Assembly: GCA_965116925.1 (NCBI GenBank)
Contig: OZ220744.1
Coordinates: 576,001 to 640,000, forward strand
Reading direction: 5' to 3'
Source: Candidatus Poribacteria bacterium
GTDB taxonomy: Bacteria; Poribacteria; WGA-4E; PCPOR2b
DNA length: 64,000 bases
The position numbers were made by a program, and so were the translations under genes. The notes below the pieces were generated by a model. It searched no databases and had not been told where the DNA came from. It saw only the letters and a program-made list of their open reading frames with translations. Positions 49,910 through 58,567 of the stretch are shown piece after piece. Position 1 is the stretch's first letter, and each line of letters begins with the position of its first letter.

Positions 49910-50159
49910 GATATGCCTCCTTATAGAAAACTGCTAACTTGTTTGCAGTAGAAAAATTATGGGGCTTTTAAGTGTCACCATTTGATCGAAAAAGGTAGCA
50001 TGGGTGAGATTAAAAAGGTTACATTTCGCCTACGAAAATCAAATTTTCCCAATTTTCCCGCGCAAATGGGAAAATTGTCCCTATTTCAGCATGAAACGTT
50101 TAGTCATGCTCGCTAATCATATTACAAACAGTTACAAACAATTACATTTTGTCTTCATC

Positions 50160-52646
50160 CTAAACTCTCCAGAGATGGACGCATCCACCGATGAGGTAGA
50201 TCCCGACCGCCAGCAGAATCACAAGGTTAAAGCCGAACGCAATCGCAAGACAGGTCGCCAGAATCGCGCTTACTACAGACGCATAACCGTTGATGCCCCA
50301 CGCCCAAGCAATTAGATGCGGATGGTGTCTCTGCAACCAGTCTATACCCAACGGGAAGGGCATTCCCATGAAAAACGCTAAAGGTGCAATTAATCCAATA
50401 GATACGACAATCTTCAGGGCATCGGAGCTCGCGAGAAAGCGGTGGAAAATCGGCGGAAGCAGTTGTAAGTAAATAAGCGCGAGGACCGATAATATGCCGA
50501 TTGCAACGGGGATTGGATGTCCCTGAAGCCTCCCGATTGTTCTCAGCTTCAGCGAAAAAAGGCTGCCGAGACCCGCAAAAAGCAAGAACGCACAGAGCAC
50601 AACCGCAACCGCATACGTTGGGTTCGCAAGCAACAGAAGAAACTTCTGGATGAACGACATTTCGATGAACATGAATCCAACACCCAGACTCAGAAAATAG
50701 ATGAATACTCGCCAAGTCTCGGACACTCGGAACGGAGTGGTAGAACGCGGATTGGGTGCGGTGGAGGAAGTGGCTTCCCGCTTCAGGAAAAAGAGCGGTA
50801 TCAGAATCAAGACTAGCCCCGCCAGTACCGCTTGGATCAACGTTGCAATCAGGAGCAGATACCCCCATTCGATGAACGGGATAGCACTCCTCCCGACCGT
50901 CCGAACCATGTGAACCAGTGAATCAAAACGCAAAAATTGAAAGAAATATGGACGATTATCAGTTGTAGGGCGGATATTGAAGGGATACCCTTCGTAAAAT
51001 TGTTCCCGATCGTTGGATAAAATCGCTTGTGCGGCCCGAAAGTAGATCGGCTCCGTCAATTGGTTGTAGCGATTTGCTTCTACCTCCGACATTTGAGGGG
51101 AGTACGCCAGATCAAAAGAACGCTCACGGCAAAAATCCTGAATCGCCGCTCGATCTGCCGCGTCGAAAGCCCCCCTCTTTATTAGCAACGTGCCGGTCCG
51201 CCAGCCACGAATCATCGCCAACTGTTGAGCGGGAACCGCGCCATCATGCCGTTCCAGCGTCTCAACTGCCGTTGCAAATAACCGTATCATATCACGCGGC
51301 GGAGTTTTCAGCCAGCGCGTAATCGAAATAATGCCCCCAGGTGCCAGGTGTTGATACAGGTCTGTGAACGCCTCAACGGTGTAAAGATAGCTTTCGCTCA
51401 GGGCGTGCGTCCCTGCCGCAGATGCGCTCACAGAATCGAGCAGTGCAATCTGGATAAGATCGTACCGCTTTGTTGTTGCTCTCACAAATCCGCGCGCCTC
51501 TGCGGCGTGAACCTGCACCGGATAGGGTGAATCTAGCGCGTAGATGTGCCCGGCGAAATCTGTGTGTTCTTTCGCCACGAGTTCAAGTACTTGTGGGTTT
51601 AGCTCCACCGCATCGACCGATACCACACCGTGATACAGCGCGTTGAGGACATCCCCGCCACCACCCGCACCCAAGACCAGCACGCGAGGCGGCTCAAGTA
51701 GGTGATATGCCACCGCCGATGTTGTATCCCCAAGATAACCTAACTTTGATAGGTCACCTCTGAAATCGGTTATCGCTGTCATTCCATCGGCATCGGTGAA
51801 TAAGCCCAACTGTGGTTGTACCGGATGCTGTGTGTTTAGACTCAACCCCGGCACCGCACGGATTAATTCACTACGAACCACATGCAACACACCGAAGGGA
51901 CTATGCCGCTTATTCAAAATCTGTGCATCCGGGAAATTCAACACACTACTCAACCCTTTGTAGGGTGAAACCTTTATTGAGATAGGGTTGAACAATAGGT
52001 AGCCGATAAACGCAGCAGCCAGTCCAGTTATCGGGATAATTCGCCGCCACCGCCGCGTTTTCCAACTTTCCCAATTAGCGATCAGGACAGCACAAAATCC
52101 AACTGCTGAGATGAGCGTCAGGTTTTGTGCCGGGGGAATCAGGTACATCGTAACAATGATGCCCAAAGCCCCAATACCGGAACCAAAAAGATCGAAAAAA
52201 TAGAGCCGGTTGACATTTTCTGCAAATCGGAGCAACGCCAGGCCAATGCAGGCTGCACCAAAGAAAAACGGGAGCGATAGAATAAGATACAGGGCGAAAA
52301 TCGATAACACCTGACTCGGCTGCCAAACCAGCATCAGTGGATTAAACGGTACATATTGATGCAGCACAAAACACCCAACAACGCCGATTGAATAGAGCAA
52401 TCCACAAATCGTGTAAGCATTGTGAAAGCGTCGGTCTACTTTGTCGGATTTCCAACGATTCCCCATCAACCAACGTTGCGTAAGCGAAATCGCTGTCCCA
52501 CTCGCACCAAATCCAAGCAGTGCGAGGCTGATGATCATGTGCGCGAAATGATGCCATTGCGCTATTGAAAACAGGCGTACAAGCGTAATCTCATAAGCGA
52601 TGATTGAACCGGCTAGCAGGGCAACAGAGAGGAAATAGAGGTTCAT
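50160..52646 (-). CDS. Polytopic membrane protein with spermidine-synthase-like SAM domain
   Basis: Many TM helices, VLVLGAGGG, VELNP, E.YLYTVEAF, AWGING. Confidence 0.8.
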   Translation of the reverse strand: MNLYFLSVALLAGSIIAYEITLVRLFSIAQWHHFAHMIISLALLGFGASGTAISLTQRWLMGNRWKSDKVDRRFHNAYTICGLLYSIGVVGCFVLHQYVPFNPLMLVWQPSQVLSIFALYLILSLPFFFGAACIGLALLRFAENVNRLYFFDLFGSGIGALGIIVTMYLIPPAQNLTLISAVGFCAVLIANWESWKTRRWRRIIPITGLAAAFIGYLLFNPISIKVSPYKGLSSVLNFPDAQILNKRHSPFGVLHVVRSELIRAVPGLSLNTQHPVQPQLGLFTDADGMTAITDFRGDLSKLGYLGDTTSAVAYHLLEPPRVLVLGAGGGGDVLNALYHGVVSVDAVELNPQVLELVAKEHTDFAGHIYALDSPYPVQVHAAEARGFVRATTKRYDLIQIALLDSVSASAAGTHALSESYLYTVEAFTDLYQHLAPGGIISITRWLKTPPRDMIRLFATAVETLERHDGAVPAQQLAMIRGWRTGTLLIKRGAFDAADRAAIQDFCRERSFDLAYSPQMSEVEANRYNQLTEPIYFRAAQAILSNDREQFYEGYPFNIRPTTDNRPYFFQFLRFDSLVHMVRTVGRSAIPFIEWGYLLLIATLIQAVLAGLVLILIPLFFLKREATSSTAPNPRSTTPFRVSETWRVFIYFLSLGVGFMFIEMSFIQKFLLLLANPTYAVAVVLCAFLLFAGLGSLFSLKLRTIGRLQGHPIPVAIGILSVLALIYLQLLPPIFHRFLASSDALKIVVSIGLIAPLAFFMGMPFPLGIDWLQRHHPHLIAWAWGINGYASVVSAILATCLAIAFGFNLVILLAVGIYLIGGCVHLWRV

Positions 52647-52660
52647 CGTCAAATGGATTT

Positions 52661-53770
52661 CTACGGCATTTCTCGGAGAAGTTGTTTGGTTACGACCTCA
52701 AATCGCGCACGTGTCGCATGCTGTAGTTGGGGAAACCAGAGGGCCGGATCCGATGGCTCGCTTGTCCACTCTGCTGACCCGCTATACAATACATAGACAT
52801 CCCACGCGGTTTCGTTTAAGCGGAGCAGATCCTTCCAAAGGTCGCCAGTGGCTTTGTTGCTATCCCAATAATGCGTAAATCTTTCGTGAGTAAACTCATT
52901 AGCCCGTCTCTCTGCCGAGACCCGATTATCGCTATTAAGGATCGGTTGCCAGATCAGATAAGCCCGCAGCCGTTCATCCCCAACTCTTTCAAACAGTTTT
53001 ATTATTTCGGAGACCCCCCGACGACATTTCGGTCAGCCGGGAGAAAGCAGCGCAACTACGCGAACATTACCTGTATCTTCTTGGAAATGATGCATCAACT
53101 GATCTATATGCACAAGTTCCGTGACAGGCTGCCGATCACTCCTGAAAACATCTTTCTGCTTTTCGGCAGTCTCGCGCATCTGATCAATCAGGGGCTTACG
53201 TTCATCTCGGTCTAGCACACCGAGCAAGGTGTTTTGCCACGCCATCGGAATGAGGACCTCCATCTGTTGCATGAGCGTGAGGCCATCAAGGGTGCCCCAC
53301 CGTTCCGCAACGACTCCATCGGCGATTTGATAGATGTCGAATCCTGACACCGTTACCTGCTTGTCAGTTGGGTCAATCCCCATAAAACTATTTTTGTGAG
53401 TACCCTGCATAGTGGTACGAGTTACCACCTGATCTCCGTTGACAGTCATCTGCTCAACGGTGAAACGCAGATCGGGAAAGGCGAAACGTAACGCTCTTAC
53501 GGTCTGTTTGAAGCCTTCTATGCCAGATTTACCCCCTAGACCGATTGGGTTATGATCGATATATTCAGCGGCAATTAGCGTCTCTACTTGCTCCAGCTTT
53601 CCCTTGTTAAAGACCTCCTCGTAGATGCGAGAGATGGTCGCTCGGTCCGCTGCCGCTCCGGCGTCTTCTGCCTCCGCAATTGATACCTCAATCAATAGGC
53701 AAGCACCGATTAGGAGCACTCCCACTATCAAGAGATGGGGTAGTTTTGTTACTGTTAGCGATTGTTTCAT
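52661..53770 (-). CDS. Putative selenoprotein: signal peptide + SnoaL/ester cyclase + UxxC thioredoxin-like domain (369 aa)
   Basis: In-frame TGA 53033-35 in LLSPG-U-PKC, followed by 123 open codons to TAG 52661 and a SECIS-like hairpin. Confidence 0.75.
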
Positions 53771-53824
53771 ATTTTAACTCCTATCTATTTGGACTTCTGA
53801 TTGATTTTGTCATCAGGTTCTCCA

Positions 53825-53852
53825 ATTATACCAATTCGATTCGCAATGTCAA
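53825..53852 (-). promoter_or_regulatory. Consensus sigma70 promoter
   Basis: TTGACA-16-TATAAT with extended TG. Confidence 0.7.
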
Positions 53853-53892
53853 TGAGAAAATGTAGATTCGACCTTCTTTTTCTATGGGTCCG

Positions 53893-54200
53893 GTAGGTTG
53901 GGCTTTCTAGCCCGACTACATCAATGGACCAATGACTTTCACATTTCATCCATCACGTTTCACATTCTCCGCATACAGTCAATCCCACCCCGAAGTTCCG
54001 GGCACCGCTCCCGCTGTAGTTGCCCGCCTGTCCCGATTCATCGCGGATTTATCGGAACCTGCTCTCGCTTACTCACGGAACGGAGGCACGGACGATTTAT
54101 GCCGATTCATCGACAGCTTCGACAAGTCCCGATTTATCGGGATGCTCCCCGATACATCGGGGCAGGCTGGAACGGCATCGGGATCAGGCATCCTATCGAG
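53893..54200. repeat. Cluster of REP-like and CCCGAT.{3,5}TCGGG micro-palindromes
   Basis: Repeated CCCGATTTATCGGG-type hairpins; similar cluster at 56150-56590. Confidence 0.65.
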
Positions 54201-54458
54201 GGCGGCGAAATACCCGCAGGTCAACCTATCATACAAATTGGCACAACCTCTGGGCACCGATCAGAAAAAAAAGTCAAACCCCAGAGAAAGGTGCTTTCCT
54301 TCACTAAGGTGTAACCCTACCGCTGGATCTCCATCCTCGATGTTCGTTAAAGTAATACTAACACAGGCTATACCATAATGCAACTACTTTGTTTACAGTT
54401 GTGAAATTTTCCCGGCAAACATACCCAGATAACTGTGTGTGACATAAGAAGAGATGGC

Positions 54459-55640
54459 TCACCAATCGACAATGACACCCCGTGCTTCAAGAGCAGGAAT
54501 GTGTTGATTGCGTGAAATGTCGCTCAACTGATTCCCTTGGAGTTGTATCAAATCGCCTGCCCCGATCCCTATGTTATCTAGCAACGACTGAATATCTACA
54601 ATCTTGTTCCGCCTTAGACTGAGTCTCTCTAGCTGAACCAATCCCACAAGCGGGCTGAGATCCACAATCTGGTTGCTAGGGAGATACAAGGAATCTAGCT
54701 GAACCAACCCGGCAAGTGGGCTGAGATCCGAAATCTCGTTGCCCCCGAGACTCAGGCGCTGTAGTTGAACCAACCCGGCAAGCGGGCTGAGATCCGAAAT
54801 CTCGTTGTTAGAGAGAGACAGGGACGGTAGCTGAATCCACCCGGCAAGCGGGCTCAGGTCGGAAATCTCGTTGTTAGAGACATCCAGGAACGGTAGCTGA
54901 ACCAATCCCACAAGCGGGCTGAGATCGGAAATCTCGTTGTCTTCCAGAGCGAGTACCTCTAGCTGAACCAACCCTGCAAGCGGGCTGAGATCTGCAATCT
55001 GGTTGTCTTCCAGATCGAGTCTTTCTAGCTGAACCAACCCGGCAAGCGGGCTCAGGTCGGAAATCTCGTTGAGAGAAAGATCCAGATATAATAGGTTAAC
55101 CAACCCTGCAAGCGGGCTGAGGTCGGAAATCTCGTTGAGAGAAAGATCCAAATCCCGTAGGTTGACCAAACCGGCAAGCGGGCTGAGGTCGCTGATGCCG
55201 TTTCCCAGCAAATTTAACGTCCTCAGATTGGTGAATCTCGCAAGCGGGCTGAGGTCGCTGATGCCGTTTCCCAGCAAATTTAACGACTCTAACTTGACCA
55301 ACCCCGCCAACGCCGCGAGATGCTCGCTGGATACATTCATGACCTCTATTTCTAACACCACCAAGTTGACACACGCTGCTAATAAATCGACCTCATACTG
55401 TTCAATAAATGCGTATTGAGGCCCCGGGACCAGCCGGAGATGAGTTACCTTTGCCAATTCAGCCTTTGTGGCGTTCATGGGATTTTTCCCCAGTACCTTA
55501 CGCAATTCTATGTCAATTGACCTAGGATGGCCCTCACCTTCCTCTGAGTCGGGGCTCGGTGGATTCGCCGTGTCCTGACCACAGGCGACAAGCCACACCA
55601 CTGCCAAGCAGACCAAGAGTGTGATTCTGACGATTTTCAT
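54459..55640 (-). CDS. Internalin-like leucine-rich-repeat lipoprotein
   Basis: Lipobox LVAC; tandem 22-aa NEISDLSPLAGLVQL repeats (66-bp DNA repeats). Confidence 0.88.
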   Translation of the reverse strand: MKIVRITLLVCLAVVWLVACGQDTANPPSPDSEEGEGHPRSIDIELRKVLGKNPMNATKAELAKVTHLRLVPGPQYAFIEQYEVDLLAACVNLVVLEIEVMNVSSEHLAALAGLVKLESLNLLGNGISDLSPLARFTNLRTLNLLGNGISDLSPLAGLVNLRDLDLSLNEISDLSPLAGLVNLLYLDLSLNEISDLSPLAGLVQLERLDLEDNQIADLSPLAGLVQLEVLALEDNEISDLSPLVGLVQLPFLDVSNNEISDLSPLAGWIQLPSLSLSNNEISDLSPLAGLVQLQRLSLGGNEISDLSPLAGLVQLDSLYLPSNQIVDLSPLVGLVQLERLSLRRNKIVDIQSLLDNIGIGAGDLIQLQGNQLSDISRNQHIPALEARGVIVDW

Positions 55641-55827
55641 TGGACACCTTCCTATCGTACTAGATTCGAGAAGTTTTATCACAGAACGGGGTAACACTCC
55701 ACTAAAATCTGGAGTTATGACCTGACAAAAAAGAGGGGCTCTCGCCCCCGGTAGGTGCGGTTTCCAACCGCACCGCATCGTTATGACCTGACAAAAAGGG
55801 AATCCGTTGATTACCTTTATGTATCCT

Positions 55828-56378
55828 AACCTAAGTTGCTAGTTGATTAACTAAGCGGTGGAAATGGATCCAATAGTCACGAATTGGAATTCCCTTATAA
55901 AAAAAGACACTGTAGGGGGCGTACTTTCCAAATCGCGACAAGAGGCTTGTTCTAATTATGCAGACCTCTCACGATAACTAGTTTCGTCGTAATCAGATAA
56001 TCGAGTAGGATGCGTAGACACATCATCTTCCGTAGGGGTTGGGTCTCCCAACCCTTTACTCGCACCTCTGTAGGTTGATCCAAAATTGACAATACCTAGA
56101 ATATAGCGCTATAGTCTAGGCTCAATCCACCATGTACTGTTACGCTACATACCGGGTATTTTGTCGAGATATGAATCTCGACCTATGCCGTTCCGCCTGT
56201 CCCGATGTAGTCGGGGAGCATCCCGATGAATCGGGACAATTGACTCAACCTGTATGGCTTGGGACCCCCAATCCGCGTTGGACGATGGGCGAGAGAACCT
56301 CGCCCCTACGATTGGGCATTCATCGGCAAATGGAAGACGCACCTCACATAAATGTCAACACGCCCTAGCAACTTAGGT
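55828..56378. mobile_element. Composite repeat region bounded by AACCTAAGTTGCTAG inverted repeats (family F)
   Basis: 15-bp perfect IR; same end at 46309 and 62839. Confidence 0.55.
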
Positions 56379-56759
56379 TCTCCCAACAAAAAAGGAGTCA
56401 ACACATATTTTTTCATAAGCCGGACTGTCCCACAAGCGGAAAAGTGAGTCGAGTAGGGCTATTCAGTTTTCCGTTTTTTGACCGGTTTCGGAATGATCCA
56501 AATCCGTAGCTGCTCCGTTCCGCCTGTCCCCCTGGTCTCGGAACGGACGATTCATCGGGGATACATCGGGATTTATCGGGGATCCCATCAGGTACCTACC
56601 CCTACATTCGGTCAATTTCTGTATAAACTCCACAAATCCAAAACATACCATCGAAACCAATACCTCTTTGACGAAAAACCACAATTTTTCTGAAGTAAGT
56701 CCAAGCCAATCTGCTCCTACATTAAACCAATCTGCCCATTGATATACTGGGTTTTCACC

Positions 56760-56788
56760 TTGACTTGCCTACCCACCACTGCTATAAT
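56760..56788 (+). promoter_or_regulatory. Sigma70 promoter of the sulfatase-like gene
   Basis: TTGACT-17-TATAAT with extended TG. Confidence 0.7.
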
Positions 56789-56868
56789 CTGCATATCTGG
56801 CGCGTGCTGTATAGTAGGACAGGCACGCTTTACGCAATCCACCCACCTCAACACAAGGAGTTTGCCGA

Positions 56869-58275
56869 ATGAACACGATTGTCATCTGCTGCGATACGCT
56901 CCGAGCAGATGTGGTAGATCACACTTGGGAAGACCATGTTAATACGCCCCATCTCGATCGGTTGCGAGAAAATAGCACGGTGTTCAATAACGCTTGGGGC
57001 GAAGGCGAGCCAACCATCCCGATGCGGCGCGGTTTCTTCACAGGCATGAGATCCTACCCGTGGCGCTTCCATATTGATGACCGTGGCTCGGTCCCGAACA
57101 TATACGGCTGGCACGCGATCCCTACAGCACAGACGACACTAGCAGAACACCTGCTACTCAATGGTGTGGCAACAGGGTTGGTTGCCGATGTCTATCACAT
57201 GTTCAAACCGACGATGAATTTTACACGCGGGTTTATGAGTTACGACTATATTCGTGGGCAGGAATCGGATCGGGTGCGGAGTGGTCCCCTTTCCGCTATC
57301 AATATGGAACCTTACCTGCCCGACGAAATCGCCAATCCGACAGACCGCCCCGGTATCGCACAATACCTGCTGAACATGCAGGATCGACGCGGAGAGGAGG
57401 ATTACCTCGCCCCGCGCGTCTTTCGCAGTGCCGCACGGTGGATACAGGACAATCACGAAAATCAGCCGTTCTTCCTCTGGATCGATAGCTTCACACCCCA
57501 CGAATGCTGGGACCCGCCGATGCACTTCGCCGATCAGTATTTCAAAGCGGAGGGTGTCAAGGATTATATCTATCCGCAGATGGTACAGAATTATAAAACT
57601 TTGACGGACGATGAGATACGCCGCACAAAAGCCCTCTACTACGGCTATGTTACCTTTGTCGATAAGTGGATCGGCTACCTGCTGGATACCCTCACCGATC
57701 TGTGCCTGTGGGAGGACACCGTAATCTGCTTTGTCTCCGATCACGGCACCGAGTTGATGGACCATACGCAGTTCGGCAAGACCGCAGACGCGATGCACCC
57801 GTTTAACACTCGGCTCAATTTCTGGATTCGCCACCCGGATCCCGCATACCACGGCAAAACAATTGACGCTTACGCCCAGAATATCGATCTGATGCCGACA
57901 ATCCTCTCCATCTTTGGGGTTGAGGGTGAAGCGGTTGATGGCTATAACCTCCTACCCGTCATGTCCGGTGCACAAGAGGGACAGCGCGACCACGTCATCA
58001 CCGGTTGGAGTTCGACCGCTGGGATCCGCACACCTGAATGGCTCCTCATGCTTGAGACGGTGAACGCAGATACCAATCCACGCCTATTCCATTCAGTCAA
58101 CGATCCGAATGAGGAGCATAACGTCGCTGCTGCTCACCCCGAAGTCGTCAGTCAGTTGCAAGCGAAATTGGAAGATTTAATCGGGGGCTCACTGCCGACC
58201 ACCTATACCCATCAACCGACGATGGAACATAACGCGACATTCGCCCAGTGGGCACAAAGCAATCTGGTCCGATGA
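56869..58275 (+). CDS. Sulfatase-like hydrolase (alkaline phosphatase superfamily)
   Basis: DTLRAD, TIPMR, PHE.WD, SDHG, D.MPTI. Confidence 0.85.
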   Translation: MNTIVICCDTLRADVVDHTWEDHVNTPHLDRLRENSTVFNNAWGEGEPTIPMRRGFFTGMRSYPWRFHIDDRGSVPNIYGWHAIPTAQTTLAEHLLLNGVATGLVADVYHMFKPTMNFTRGFMSYDYIRGQESDRVRSGPLSAINMEPYLPDEIANPTDRPGIAQYLLNMQDRRGEEDYLAPRVFRSAARWIQDNHENQPFFLWIDSFTPHECWDPPMHFADQYFKAEGVKDYIYPQMVQNYKTLTDDEIRRTKALYYGYVTFVDKWIGYLLDTLTDLCLWEDTVICFVSDHGTELMDHTQFGKTADAMHPFNTRLNFWIRHPDPAYHGKTIDAYAQNIDLMPTILSIFGVEGEAVDGYNLLPVMSGAQEGQRDHVITGWSSTAGIRTPEWLLMLETVNADTNPRLFHSVNDPNEEHNVAAAHPEVVSQLQAKLEDLIGGSLPTTYTHQPTMEHNATFAQWAQSNLVR

Positions 58276-58567
58276 AACCGATCTCACGCCACAGCGGGGC
58301 GACATGTGCCATTTGTCTGAATCGCGGATTAAGCAGATGACACAGATTACGCGGATTATTGTCCCGATAAATCCCCGATGGCTCATGTTAAGAAAGCGTA
58401 CAACAGTGGTGCGTAGGTTGGGTTGAACGGCTAAAAGCGAATCCCTATCAAGAACGATAAAGGCGTTACCTTTCAACAACATGGCCTTATAGATAGATAT
58501 AGTGAAACCCAACAATATACTGATTCAATTCCTGTAGGTCGAGATTCACATCTCGACAATATTTCCC

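Noticed and set aside
50720..50775. Possible in-frame repeat in the spermidine-synthase-like gene (CTCCGTTCCG..TGTCC)
   Set aside because: Only a short partial match to about 56513; too weak without an ortholog alignment
52871..53215. 114-aa plus-strand ORF
   Set aside because: Antisense shadow of the readthrough domain
53898..54378. Overlapping ORFs of 95-148 aa
   Set aside because: Translations of palindromic repeat clusters with no protein motifs
54260..54385. Possible promoter-driven ncRNA on the minus strand
   Set aside because: A plausible TTGCAT-17-TAGTAT is present, but no recognisable RNA family or convincing structure
54590..55330. CRISPR-like periodic repeats
   Set aside because: The 66-bp period is an in-frame LRR coding repeat; no unique spacers or cas genes
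55641..55778. N-terminal extension of the LRR ORF
   Set aside because: Derived from a REP; RBS and lipoprotein signal indicate a start at 55640
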